From positions 97,094,001-97,158,000 of the forward strand of contig NC_045697.1 of the NCBI RefSeq assembly GCF_009834535.1: a stretch of 64,000 nucleotides of DNA. The letters run 5' to 3'. Shown here one piece after another: positions 26,831-40,269 of the stretch. A program made the translations under genes and the position numbers. Each line of letters opens with the position of its first letter. Position 1 is the first letter of the stretch. The stretch comes from Camelus ferus. Taxonomy: Eukaryota. The notes beneath the pieces are model-generated. The model saw nothing but the letters and a program-made list of their open reading frames with translations. It did no database searches and was not told the DNA's origin.

Positions 26831-27639
26831 TATTGTGAACTTTAAAAAAAAAAACTGTAGGACATTACGACTCTTTTGGTTATAAGAATTTACCAGTTGC
26901 TAAATATATAATATTTAAAATTATTTTCCTTTGAAAAAATTGCCTCCTGATATATGGTGGATAATGTATTTAGAAGTTGACAGAGTTGGTGCCAGGTTTC
27001 TGGTGGAGAATTTAGTCAAGACATGTGTACCTCTCTATAAAGTAATCTTGGCTTTTTGAGTCATGAATTACACTATCTGGGTCATAATTCAAAATTATTA
27101 GGCAATTTAAAAGAGAATAATCCTTTAGCAAAAACCAACTTTGAGGAAATAAGTCAGTTTTTAATGTTGGTAACATAAGGGCTTAATATATTTTTAGTAA
27201 CTGGAAGAATGAAAGATACTATAATTTCTACAAAATTCATGGTAAGTATTAAAAAATCTTCTAACTGTGCCTTGCTTATACTTAATACATACTATTGAAA
27301 CATCTTTTATGAGTAAAAGGTCATGAATTTTTTCATTTACATATTATGCTATTGCTTATGCATTCTATTCCATTGCTCACTGGTAAACTGTAAGTTTATG
27401 TGCCTGTGTGAATAATAAACACAAGTGATATTTAACTATAAAATGATATTATACATATTGAAAAATATCTTTGTTTGGTTTATAGGTCTATCTTAACAAA
27501 GCAATTTATGTATTTTATTGTGGCTTTTTTTCCCCATATCAACAACATTCTGCATCATTTGAAAACATCACTAATAAAACAAAAAGGGAATATCATTATA
27601 GGATTAATACCTGAAGTGCTATACTCCATAGTTGGCGCC

Positions 27640-27760
27640 CTATTTTAAGTGTGGTCCACAAATTAGCAGCATTAATATCACCTGGGAGCATATGAAAATC
27701 AAAATATGCAGTTTAATAAGATCTTAAGGTGACTATATGATCTTTAAAACTTGAGTGATC
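27640..27760. mobile_element. MER5A-like DNA transposon fragment
   Basis: aagtgtggtcc..agcagcattaatatcacctgggagc. Confidence 0.5.
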
Positions 27761-27764
27761 TAGT

Positions 27765-28135
27765 CTATGCAATAGCCTTTCTGCTTCCTCTTTGCTAACA
27801 GGACCCATATTTTGTTCACATTTTGGGTGGTCATGCTAATCTTGATCCCTTCCCAGCCCAGGGCGACAAAGGTTGATACACAAAACAAGGACATAGCTGT
27901 TCTTTTGCTTTAGATACTTGTTTTCATCAATGTCTGCAATGGCCACCACCCTTTGGGGACTGTGAAGAAAAGACAAGGGAATAGCAGAGAAGCTGAGCTA
28001 CAGTCTTTAAGACCTAGAGTTCTTTCATTCAGCCCAGGAACCCCTCTGCTGCTAGCATGCTTGTTAATGAGATAATGAACACTTATTTGTTGACTCACTT
28101 TCAGTTGGCCTGTTACTTATCCAAACAGACATATT
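27765..28135 (+). mobile_element. Old MaLR LTR (MLT1J/K-like)
   Basis: ttgctaacaggacccatattttgttca...cttgttaatgagataat...tgttactt. Confidence 0.55.
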
Positions 28136-28329
28136 AACTTAAAAAATCATAGGAATTAGTAGCTTAATTAGCCACATTATGTCATTTAAGTCTGCACCTT
28201 CTAAATCCACAGATAGGGTAATTTTTGTGGATTTGTGTTAGTGAATTACATAAAGATCCTGAAATATTCACAAAGAAATGGAAGCCTCTAAATCAGAAGA
28301 TTCACTTGCTGGGTTAAGACTAAACTAGA

Positions 28330-28790
28330 GATTCAATTTAAATTTCCCTACATGGATTTTCCTGCTATTTAAAGATTAAAATTATTGGTTTTCCACATTC
28401 TGCTGTATAAACTTGGAAAAAAGAGCGAAACAGCAGCCCAAATTTAGATCATGTTAGTTTTGATCAAATAGGTATTTTCAGTTTTTAGTGACTTCCCTAA
28501 ATAGCTTATAATCATTTAATTATTGCCACATTAACTTTTTATAAAAATCATTCTGGGAAAGCTCAATTTAAGAGCAAAACTAGGGCTTACCTTCTTTTAC
28601 TGTACACAGTGGATTAGGGTTTTTCATTAGAAATATGTTTTCATTAGATGTATGTCCATCAGACAAGTAGAATATAAATTTGACTGGACAGTACTGATCT
28701 AACTATTGTGCAAAGGCTTTAGGATGTTTATTTTATTCAAGAAAACTTCATATATTTTTAGCACCAAGCCATTGCATTTTCACTTATTGT
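28330..28790 (-). pseudogene. Bornavirus-like M (weak) and L N-terminal remnant (unit C)
   Basis: MKNP (vs LKNP); DYKLFREV 28490-28513 (vs DYYLLFRQV); MWK (vs AWK); upstream VKFIFYLSD (vs M VNIYFQIDD). Confidence 0.55.
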
Positions 28791-28840
28791 TTATATGTAT
28801 ATCATACTTCTTTATTTAGAATAATTACTATTTATAAAAG

Positions 28841-29350
28841 TGTGGCAGACGGCATTTTCCAAAATCTGCCCCAATATTATTTCTAGTCCCAATTGCTATT
28901 ACAGAACACTGTCACTTTCCTTCAAGAGGTACAGTTCATTTCTTCTTCCCTTGAACTAAGGTGTGCTTGTAACTGCTCCAACCAATAGACTGTGGAGGAA
29001 GTGATCCTCTGTAACCTGTGAGGCCATGTCAGCAGAAGGACATGGCCTCTATTTGGCTCTCCCTTTTTCTTGGCATGCTTACCTCAGGAATTCAGCCACT
29101 TACAGTAAAGAAGCCCAGACTACCTAGAGAGGCCACAGGTAGGTCTTGAACAACAGCCAGCCTCAACTACCAGAGAAGTAAGTGAATGAGCCTTCAGCTG
29201 ATTTCAGTCCTCAGCTAAGCCTTCTTGTCCTCTGACTAAAGCCCCAGACACTTTGGTGTCCAATCCATTGGAGTGTACCCTGACTGAATTCCTAACCAAC
29301 AGAATCTGTAAACATAATAAATGGATGTTTTGTGCCTTTAAATTTTGAAA
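28841..29350 (+). mobile_element. MLT1G/H-like LTR
   Basis: tgtggcagac...cccttgaac...accaatagactgtggaggaagtgat...aataaatggatgttttgtgcc. Confidence 0.75.
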
Positions 29351-29449
29351 TTCTATGAATGAATTAAATATACTCATTCAAATCTTAAAAAGAAATTTCA
29401 TTCAATATGTCTAAGATTCTGCTAATGGTGAAATCAATTGGTCAACAGA

Positions 29450-29650
29450 AAGAAGTTAGGCTTGATGTCAGATAAAATCAGTACTGAATTCTGCTTCTGT
29501 GGGTCCTGCTCAAGTTACATCAACTTTCTGAGCTATAGTTTCCTTATTTTAAAAATAGAGATAAATATTTCTATTTCAGAGTTATAATGAGATTGTGATT
29601 AAAAATAAAACATATAACCTAGTGTCTAGAATATAGTAGATAATTAATAA
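29450..29650 (+). mobile_element. MIR SINE
   Basis: caagttacatcaactttctgagctatagtttccttattttaaaaatagagata. Confidence 0.7.
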
Positions 29651-30249
29651 GTAAGTTTGCTATTGTAACATGTTTTGGATGAGTAGGAACTTTATAAGAA
29701 TAATAGTAATTATGAGCATTTACTTGAGTATTTACTATGTGCCAGGTACTAGGCATGATGCTCCGCATATGCTGTCTTAAGTAGCATTTAATTTATTAAA
29801 TACATTACACCATTTTATATGCATTTGATTTATGTCTCAGAGACTGATACAATTAATTCATTCAATAGATAAGCATAGTTTTGTTCCAAATGCAATGTCA
29901 ATTACTATTAATAAAAAATTACAAGATTATCTTTAAAATATAGTTGAAAGATCAAAAAACAGAATACTGACAGAAAATCTCAAATTAGTATACATTGTTT
30001 TTTAACAGACAAGGAGTTGTAGTTTAAAGAGTAAACCTAGATTTCTAGTAACATAAGAGAGTAAATCATACTAAATGATAGAAATTACATAATTTCAATG
30101 TGGTACAGCCAGTGGCAGTCTTGTACAAAAAATATGTATTGTATAGTCTATAAATATTTGGGTTTAAAATATGTAAAAACAGACACAATTGTTAAGTTTC
30201 AGTGTGCTGCATATACTAGTATGGGCTCTATTGTTATAAAGACTCAAAA

Positions 30250-31000
30250 TATTACACTAATAGTTCATTATTCATTGATTTCACATTTGAAAGCATAGGC
30301 TGAGAAAACTAATCATATGAGCACATACATTTTCAGAAACATGTAACCATCTGGAGTACCTTAAGCAGCAGAAGCCAATATTTCTGCTGTTATTTTCATT
30401 ACAAGCCTTTCAATAACACTCTCTCCAGACAAGCAGGGAGCCAAGAAAAGAAATTAGTGGCCATTCAAGGACATGGCTCAAAGACAATTCTATTCCACTA
30501 GTGTATGTGTAGCTTTTCTTAAAAGATGTGATAAATTTCCCACAAATGCAGTTTGTCCAAAACCAACATCTATTCAGACCATAAAATGGAGGGAAAAAAA
30601 TGGTTCATTTAAATAACCTTCTTAAAGTCAGAGAATTTTTAGCTGAAGAAAGACACTGCCTTTATTGCTAGCTTATAGTGAATGAATAATTCAGAATGAA
30701 AGCAGTTGCAGCATAATGATAAGATTACATAAATCAAAGGGTAGATGCTCGAGCCAAATATATTCAGAAAAAAATCACATTTTCTACTCTTCTATTTACT
30801 TAGATGGTTATTTTGTTTGTGCAGATGTTCCAAAAATTACCATTACACGCGTTACTTTTGCGATATTTATAATCTACTCAAAATAGTTGCTCTAAGAAAT
30901 TTTAGTTCTCTATTTAACACGTCCTTAAGCCTGATTTGTTTCTTGTTGTCCAGCAGAATCTATACATTAATAACAGGCAAAGTTCCAGGTAAATGACCAT
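30250..31000 (-). pseudogene. Bornavirus-like glycoprotein remnant (unit C)
   Basis: CDFFLNIFGS 30750-30779 (vs CKTYWGFFGS); FPPF; FKKSYTYTSG 30494-30523 (vs FRRSYSLTNG); IERLVMKITAEILASAA* 30361-30414 (vs LQSLLLGVFGTGIASASQ); RWLH; AYAFKC. Confidence 0.75.
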
Positions 31001-31039
31001 TTAAGACCAGGATAGAGAGTGAGAAGCGGGGAGGGAATT

Positions 31040-31260
31040 AATAATTATCGAATGCCTCTTACATGTTAGGTGGCAGGTGGCTTACTATTTCATTTTATTC
31101 TTTTCCCCTATAATAGCTTCCTGAGTTAGAATAATTATTCTGATTTTTAGATAAAGATAGCTTAGTGTAATTTTTTATTGCCTAAAATCACACAACTACA
31201 AAGAGGTGGAATCACATTTGAATAGTCTGATCCAAACCTCCATTTCTTTCCATTGTATAA
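31040..31260 (-). mobile_element. MIR SINE
   Basis: ttgcctaaaatcacacaactacaaagaggtggaatcacatttgaa..gtctga. Confidence 0.65.
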
Positions 31261-31399
31261 GAGAACAACCCAAACATTTTAAGTCATCATTAAAGCACAA
31301 GTGGCTTTAAGACAGAGTATTTTTTTAAAAAGACAGAAATTACAAAGCTTTAAGCCCAGAATTTAAAAATTGGATGGCTAGTAGTTGGATAATTTAAAT

Positions 31400-32290
31400 A
31401 AATTTTATTTTAAACACCTTGACTTTGGGGGTACCTTTCAACAACATGATTTTTCCCCTTGTTAACATAGAGTCACTTTTTAATACACGGATTTCTGGGT
31501 TTACTTGCAAAAGAAATCTTAGCCTGAAGCTCACTGCTTGGAAATGGGCCTCTCCTCTGATTAGATTCATGCTAAAATCCACCACATGTCAAATCGACTT
31601 AAGAATAAAAAGCCATATTTGCACAATTGCCTGAATAGCTTATTGATTCAGATTTTTTAAAATAGTGAGTTCAGCAAAATCAGAAGAGCAACAAAACCAA
31701 TCATTTCAGCCCAAATGGTTAATTCCTTAGCTGCGTGCACTCACAAATAGAAGATGGGGCTATCTCCATCTACATAAGGCTGCACATTGTCACTTACTGT
31801 GTGCATAATCTATTTCCTTACCAAGGACAAAATCAATGCTGCTACATTTTGCCCAGCATTGGCTTGAAATATTCATAGAAATTTATTTTAGAGAAGGTCA
31901 ATTTTGATGTGTAAATTTTTATATTCTAACTGTGTATATATAAATTATTAGTGTTTCTGCATAAAATAATCATCAGTAATAAAATATTCTTTTAGCCCCT
32001 ATTGGTTTTTTAATTATACCAAGTTCTACGGTGTGGTTTTCTTTTCAGGAGTCTGTAACAAGGCAAATAATTGAATAGAATTATTGAAGCTTTCAGGTAA
32101 AAGAGTTCACCAGAAACAACATCCACATGGGTGCATTAAACAAAGAATTATCTCAGAAATTATCTCTAATATGTATTTTTTCAACTTCCGTATGGATGCC
32201 CCAAGCAAGAAGGTATGTTTCTACCTACATAGTAAACAGGTCCTTTGACTGACTTTTGAAACCTTTAAATCCTTTTCCTCAGACCTCTAC
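31400..32290 (-). pseudogene. Bornavirus-like nucleoprotein remnant, near full length (unit C)
   Basis: YYVGRNIPSCLGH 32196-32234 (vs YTVGGSDPHPGIGH); GQNVAALILSLV 31819-31854 (vs GQPWVGSFVLSLL); KELTIWAEMIGF 31693-31728 (vs KLVASYAQMTTY); LIR, NPEI. Confidence 0.75.
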
Positions 32291-32699
32291 TCTTTAGACC
32301 TACATTTACCATTAAAGAAGTCTGCATCCTTATTTACATGCCAGAATACACTTGATGTTCTATGAGTTAAAAATAAGAACTAATTGGGGTTGGAAAATCA
32401 CCATATTTTTGACCTCATAAACAAAATAGTCACATAAGCCATTTTCCATTATTTCAGTACAAAATTATTCTTTTATACAGAGGACCATAGCAGTAGAGAA
32501 CAAAAATGACTTTCTGGCAGCTAATACGCATTTTTTCAAATCTTTGTTGTTAAAAATTGGTGTACTTATCAAAAACAAATAGCCTATTAGACCAATTCTA
32601 AATTATCACCATTGAAAGTAGTTATCCCTTTAATTGGTCTATATTTTATATTATATGAGATGTATTTACATCTGCTACATCAAAATTAAAAATAAAGCT

Positions 32700-33060
32700 A
32701 GTATATAGCTTGCTATTTTATACACTCTTGTCACTTGAAAATTTATAGAAAATGAAGACTTGATGCTGTAAATTTGAGATGCAGTTGCTATGACAACTAA
32801 GAGACACAATACTGCATACCACCAAATGGTATTTGAATATCAGAAAGAATCTACTACATTGTGTATTATTCTTTCTCTGGATTTAAATAATAATAATTTA
32901 GTGCTTTATTTTGTTTTTGAATAGGTGCATTTGTTATAATTTTAGCACAGGATGTTGGTTTAAGAAAAACTATATAGATATGTAACAAATGAATCATTAC
33001 AATTCCATGTCTTTTCTGAAATTTCTGACCTGCATAATTATGCCACAGTGAAACATTTTT
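32700..33060 (-). pseudogene. Bornavirus-like L N-terminal remnant
   Basis: ITNAPIQKQ (vs LTNPRVRAQ); FGGM..LVVIATA with VIAT at 32783-32794 (vs LGNM..SLVIATI). Confidence 0.5.
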
Positions 33061-33189
33061 CTTTGTATAAAATAAAGATGTAATAAATATAATATTCAGT
33101 AATTTAACATATAATATTTGGTAAATTAAATGGTTCTGCGATACAGTCACCCTAACGTAAAGTTTTCAAAGCACACATCTAAGCCTAAC

Positions 33190-34030
33190 CCCTTCTCAAA
33201 TCTTTATCGTCACACTTTCAATGGTGTTTTGCTGTCTCCACTAGAGTGTCCTCATAAGCACTTCAACATATTTCCGAACTGAACATATTAGCTTTCCCTA
33301 AACCTGCCTCCTTTCATATTCCCTAAATTTTGCTACCGGCAACACTGTCTTCCCAATCACTCAGGCTCAAACATCAGAGTCATGTTTGACTTTTTCTTCT
33401 CCTTGTCATCATTATTTAATTCATTGACTAATCCTACTGAGTCTACCAAGAGAATAACAACCCGGTGTTGTTTCAGTTTCAGTATCGGTTCAATACTTGT
33501 ACTGTCAGAAGTAAAGTTAATTTTATAGTAATAAAAGCTTACCCATTTGATGTTAAATAAATACGTGTCCCAAAGTAGGACTTACTGTAGTAACAAGGGA
33601 ATGAAGGGAATGGGGAGATGGAGCAGTGGAAGAGGTCAGAGGGGCAGGTGACAACAAGGCTGGAAAAGCATCCATATTACACTGCTTGGTTTTATTCTGT
33701 GGTTATGAACAAACCAAGAGAGGTTTTTCAGAAGAGAAACTACTTAAGAAAATTTTGGAGGAAGTAATTCTTGTGGAAATACAGAGAATGAATTAAAGAG
33801 AGGAATTAGCAGCAGAAAACCAGATAGAAATCTCTTATTATAGTTGAGGAAATAGACAATAAGGATATAATATAGGGTATTAGTAGCAGGATTTTAAAAG
33901 ATCTGATGACTTGAAAACCTGTCTTGGTGCTTTAAAGCAAAAGACACATTGCCTGCTTAAAGAGAGAGAGTAGTATTGTGGGAGGAATTTGAAAGATAGT
34001 ATTTAATCAATGAGTGGGGAAAATGGAGAG
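33190..34030. mobile_element. L2 fragments (plus ~33190-33460, minus ~33620-34030)
   Basis: ctcaggctcaaacatcagagtcatgtttgactttttcttctcc; purine-rich antisense L2 pattern. Confidence 0.55.
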
Positions 34031-35359
34031 GGTCCTTGATTAGGAAAGAAGAAACACATAAAGAATGAGCAGTGCAGTGCTTGTTTATGGACAATAACAT
34101 TATTTTTATAAATGAGAAACCTGAAAGAATAGGCAAACTGGAAAAGGAAAAATATATTTAATATCTTTATTTTTAAAACTCATATCATAAGGAGACCTTT
34201 TATAAAAATCATTTGCTAAATATCATAAACTCCTCTTTAGGATTCTGAATTATTTTAATATAATACAACTTGATAAAATGAATAACCAGTAATCTAATTT
34301 TACTAAGCAATTTTGATAAAGTCATTAATCTGAAATTTACTAGCTATGTGCATGTACAATCAGAACTGTACAAAATAAATGTGTATTTTATTTATGGGAT
34401 AATTTTAGAATAAATAAAAACACTGAACAAAACTTCAATAGATCGCATTTCAACATATTTTGAGATGAAATGAATAAAGACAAAAAGGAATAGAGAAAAG
34501 CAAATACCAATAGACAAAGAGGGGGAAGAGAATGAGAAGCATAGCAATTCATAGAGCAAAACTAGAGAAAGGCCCAGAAATTGAAGGCACTGAAAGGGAC
34601 AAATGGAGGAAAATCTAGATACCGAAACAAAGATTAGTCAAAATTGTGTAATAAGGATTTAGAATAAGTCATGTTCTCCATTGCATTTCTCTAGATAATA
34701 GTTCTTCTTCCACATTAGGAAATTTTTTGGTAAAGAAACTAAATTAGAAAATCTCCAGCATAGACATACTCAAACAGATACTCAGCAGTGTGGAACTCAG
34801 GAATCTCTGTTTTGTTACAAAATCTTTAATGTACGTGAATTTTTTATTTACAAAAGCAATATAATTTTTTACATTTCAAAAAGCATACACAAGAAACTGT
34901 TATGGTAGTTACTCTTCTCAATCAAGCTAAATAAAGGGAATAAACCTCTAGACTGACAGAGACATCTTTACTTTTTAACCAACATATTATGTTTCAAAAT
35001 GTTCTAAATTTTTAACCAGGCCACACATAACTCATAAGCCCATGATTTTATAAAATGATTGTGTTATGCCAAGATTCTACTAACAGCTATATTTGCCTTG
35101 TTCTCTAGAGTGCACCCAATGTTATGACAATAAATATTGCCTACTTATTTTCAAGCCTCCAAGGCATCTCCCAACTCAATGCCATTGTGATTTAAATTCC
35201 TTTTTTACGTTCCTTTCCACCTGTGGTTCTCTGTGTCTGCAATGCTATATTCCTAAATTTCTACGTGGCTTCTTCCCTCCCTCAATTCAGGTATTTGTTC
35301 ATCAAAAGTCACCTCATTATAAAGAACTTCCTAGACCAATTTGCAAAACAACCCCTCAA

Positions 35360-36360
35360 GGGTGGTGGGGGAGATAATGACCTAAGTGATTTTAGAATAG
35401 AGTGGAATCTATAAAACTAAAGAGAAAGGAACTGTACATAAACATTGTACATAATTTAGAAAAGTTTATTCCTCAAGGGGATAGATATTAATATGTCTCA
35501 AACTACTATACATATATACCAGGACTGAACAAATAAGTAGCAGAGGAAAGGAACCATATCTCTCACTGTTGAAGAGGGAGGTTGCGATAAGCAAGGTAGG
35601 TGGTGTAGAATGAATCACATAATACTGGATTACAGTTGGAGTCACTAGTTAAGTATAAGTTTATGTTTAGGTTAATATAGACATAGATGGACATATATAG
35701 CAAGAATTATTAATTACAGTGGGAATTTTACATGGATTAGTATACATACATATATTTCCAAGCTTTTTGCTGAAAGAGTCTAGAAAGCCTGACTGTGTCC
35801 AGCTATTGGTTTCTAATATCTTTCCCAGTAAAAGATACCAGGACTCCTTAGAGAAATGGCTGATTCTGTGGCTGAAACAGAGAATATACAAGATGGACTG
35901 GAGCATCCTGAACTGCCAGAAAGTAAGGAAGTATTTTTTTAAAATAATAAAACTAAATAATAATAACATATCAAGGAACACAGGAGACAACTGAATGATC
36001 ACCCAATGGAGATTTTTTTTAAGGAACTTTTAAAGTCCTCAAAAACAAGGAAAATCTTAAGAACTGTCATGATCTAGAAAATCTTAAAATCTAGAAAATC
36101 TTAAAATCTAGAAAATCTTAAGAACTGTCACGATCTAGAGATAAGAAGACATGATGACTAAATGTGATATGTAACCTGAATGGTATCCTGGAACAGAAAA
36201 AGTGCAAAGAAAAATAAAGTATGGATTATAATCAATATGTTCAATATTGCTTCATTAAATTGGACAAATGTATCATACCAAAATAAGGTATTACCAATGG
36301 AGTAAATTGCCTGCATAGTATAGGAGTGTATCTGTACAAATTTTCTATAAATTTAGGACT
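35360..36360 (+). mobile_element. L1MC-like 3' end
   Basis: cagtaaaagataccaggactccttagagaaatggctgattct...gagacatgatgactaaatgtgat-like motifs. Confidence 0.75.
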
Positions 36361-36449
36361 GTTGTAAAATGTTTTAAACTATAAAAAAGAATAAAATAAA
36401 ATATCTCCTCAACCTCAATTTCTAACCCCATACAAACTTTTTCAATTGT

Positions 36450-37375
36450 TTTTATCATGATAAAATATCCATAAAGTTTACCATTTAAGCTATTATTAAG
36501 TGTATAGTTCAGTAACATTGAGTACATTTACATTGCTGTGTCACCATCATCCATACACCTCAGAAGATTTTTCATCATTCCAAGTTGAAATTAAAATCAT
36601 TAAATAATAACATGCTATTTATTCCTTCTACCCAGCCTCTGCTAACTGCTATTCAATTTTCTGTCTCTATGAACTTGACAATTTTAGGTACCTCATGTAA
36701 GTGGAACCATACAATACTTGTCTTTTTGTGTTTAGTTTTATCTCACTTAGCATAATATCTTTAAAGTTCATCCATGTTGTAGTATATATTAGAATTTCAT
36801 TCCTTTACAAGTCTGAATAATAGTCCAGTGTATGAACATACCACATTTTGTTTATCTGTCAATGAACATTTGGGATGTTCCCACCAGTGGCTATTGGGAA
36901 TAATGCCACTACAGATGTTACTGTAGAATATGTGTTTAAGTCTGTGATTTCAATTACTTGGGGTATATACCCAGAAGTGGAATTAATGACTCATATGGTA
37001 ATTCTATATTAATATTTTGTGGAACCTCCATACTGTTTTCTACAATGGCTGCACCACTTTACATCCCCACTAGCAATGCACAAGGGCTCCAATTTCTCCA
37101 CATACTTGCCAACATTTGTTATTTTCTGTCTTTTTGTTTGTTGTTTTTCTTTTGATTGTGATAGCCATCCTAATGGGTGTGAAGTGGTATCTCATTGTGG
37201 TTTTGATTTGCATTTCCCTATAGTTTAGTGACAATGAACATCTTTCTAAGTGCTCTTTGGCTATGTTTAAATCTTCTTTGGAAAAAAGTCTATACAGGTC
37301 TTTGCACATTTTTTTTTAATTGGATTATTTGTGCTTTGATATGAAGTTGTGGAACTTCTTTATATTTTCTGGTAT
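36450..37375 (-). mobile_element. L1MB-like 3' end / ORF2 C-terminus
   Basis: ORF 37070- [33 protein letters not shown]; antisense 3' UTR. Confidence 0.88.
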
Positions 37376-37714
37376 CCCACACATACTTTTTATTTTCTTA
37401 GCACTAATCACCTCATATAACATAAAGTATATTATAATTTAATCATATAATATGTAACCAAATAATATATTATCTTTATAGTTTGTTTACTTGGTCATTT
37501 TTATCTCTTGCCATTAAATGTAAATTCCTTTAAGGTAGTGAGTTTGCTTTATTCACTTTTGTAACCAAACTACTTAAAAAAATGGGGCATACAATAAGTA
37601 CTTAAAAAAGATTTGCTGATTGACAGAACTAACAAACTAATGAAAGTTTAGAAAACAATAGGTGTTCAACAAATTTTGCATCATGTTGTATCTTTATATA
37701 TATATACATATTTT

Positions 37715-37873
37715 TTTACTGAAGTATAGTCAGTTTACAATGTGTCAATTTCTAGGGTACAGAACAATACTTCATACAGGAACATACACATATTCACTTT
37801 CATTTTCTTTTTCACCAGAAGTTACTATAAGATATTGAATATAGTTCCCTGTACTATACAGTATAAACTTGTA

Positions 37874-37909
<36 letters not shown>

Positions 37910-38715
37910 CATATGTTAGTATCTGCAAATCTCGAACTCCCAATTTATCCCCTTCCCTCCCCCTTCCCACCCTGGTAACCATAAGTTTGTTTCCTATGTC
38001 TGTGAATCTGTTTCTGTTTTGCAGATAAGTTCATTTGCCTCTTTTTTTTTTTTTAAGATTCCACAGATAAGTAATATCATATGGTATTTTTCTTTCTCTT
38101 TCTAGCTTACTTCACTTAGAATGACGATCTCCAGGTCCATCCATGTTGCTAAAAATGGCATTATTTTATTATTTTTTATGGCTGAGTAGTATTCCATTGT
38201 ATAAATATATCACAGCTTCTTTATCTAGTCACCTGTCAATGGACACTTAGGTTGTTTCCATGTCTTGGCTATTGTAAATAGTGCTGCTATGAACATTAGG
38301 GTGCATGTGTCTTTTTGAATTAAGATCCCCACTGGATATATGCCCAGGAGTGGGATTGCTGGATCATATAAGTCTATTTTCAGTCTTTTGAGGAATCTTC
38401 ACACTGTTTTCCATAATAGCTGTACCAAACTACATTCCCACCAGCAGTGTAGGAGGGTTCCCTTTTCTTCACAGCCTCTCCAGCATTTAATGTTTGTGGA
38501 CTTTTGAATGATGGCCATTCTGACTGGTGTGAGGTGATACCTCATTGTAGTTTTGATTTCCATTTCTCTGATAATTAGCGATAATGAGAATTTTTCATGT
38601 GCCTATTGGCCATTTTATGTCTTCATTGGAGAATTGCTTGTTTAGGTCTTCTGCCCATTTTTGGATTGGGTTGCTATTTTCTAGCTAAGTTGTATGAGCT
38701 GTTTATATATTCTGG
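37715..38715 (-). mobile_element. Young camelid-type L1 3' portion with internal (TG)n
   Basis: gaatatagttccctgtactataca...tctcgaactcccaatttatccc...ggtaaccataagtttg; ORF2 C-terminus antisense. Confidence 0.92.
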
Positions 38716-39449
38716 CTTTTACTTTTTTCTTTTGATTTGTAGTGGCATCTTCTTTTTTGCTTTGATTTTTGCATTGCTTTACTCCACAAAAATTTCAGAA
38801 TTCCATGCTTTTTCAAGGATAAAACATTTACCCTATTCATTTAGAATTTTATTTTCATTAGCATAGCTTTTCTCAAATTACACATTGCATAAAGTTCAAT
38901 AATTTTGTAGGAAGAATGCTCAAGGATTTACTGTCACAAAGTTTTACAACATTTTTTGATCTGTGCAATTTATTATTCAAAACAAAAATGTCTGTTTTCA
39001 ATCCTTTATATAAATGGGGTCAGACCTGAACCTAACTAAAATCTTGAAACAAAATTCCCTGAATTCACATTAAATGAAGCTGAAATTAATTGTTGAGTTT
39101 CTTGCAAAACACATAAATAAAACTGTAAATAAATTTACTGAGATATTAATCATTTCATTTTTTTAAAAAAATTTGACTCATGATATGTGGAGTTATTTTA
39201 ATAAGTGAAGATACACTTAATGTAAGTAAGCATAAGATTTTTCTTTCCATTTTTGTCTATTCTCCATTATTATGTATTTGGAATTTAAAAGGAATCTGGC
39301 ATGCGCAAATGTTAATTAGTATTCCTGCATAATGCAGTTTTTGCTAGAATAAAAAAATTACGTTTAAATGGGGCCTTATTTTCTTGCTACTTTTCTTCTC
39401 ATTTAATGCATTTTCCTCTAGTAGAAGTTAGAGTACGTTAAAAGCCAAG

Positions 39450-39860
39450 GTGTGTCAGATAAGGCAGACTGTGGGAATCAAAGTCCACTCCAATCTTCTA
39501 GCGTATGTTCTGCTAAAACTGGAAAGTCTAAGCTACACTTTTCCAGACTCGCTTTTATCCCAAGTTCTCATGTGACCACTATGGAAAATGTCATCAAAAA
39601 GAAAATGGAATTAGGGAGATTAGATCATGTGGTAGAAGTATTTTATTCTTCTGATTATAGCTGCATTAAATTCTACCACTTGATTTCCTAGATTAATAGG
39701 CTCAAGGTAACCTGCATCAAGAACAGTGGAGTTTTGTTACTGTGTAGCACCCAGGCTTGTTTTTGTTTTCTTTCCATATACTGAGAAAGCTTCTAAAATT
39801 CTCTGGTAAATCTCTTTAAAGTGGATTTTGTGATTAAAAGACTGAAATCCTGACCTATAA
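39450..39860 (+). mobile_element. LTR33-like ERVL LTR
   Basis: aactggaaagtctaagctacacttttccagactc. Confidence 0.55.
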
Positions 39861-40269
39861 AAAAGACAGACTCCTAAAACTCCATATCCATTCTACCTTA
39901 TAACATTAATTATAATTTATCATTTCTTAATGTAATTGCCTTTTGCCTTAAATAGACTTGTCAAAAAACAATGTTTAAATAAACATGTTATCATAACTGC
40001 TTCTGGGAGAAGGGAGTTTAGATGGTAAGAGTAGGGGAAAAAACTTATTTTTCACTGTATACTATTTTGTAAATACTTGATTTTCTCCAACTGCAAGTTT
40101 ACCATCCAGGTAATCAAATACATACTTTAAAATATTTTAAGCTATCATACCCATAACAATTTACATCTAATTTAAGCAATTCCTTCTAATTTTTTAGATT
40201 GATTACTGTTAATGGATGTTGCCTCAGCCCCGGTGCTGCCTTCTACTTCTATTGTTTGTCTAGTAATAA

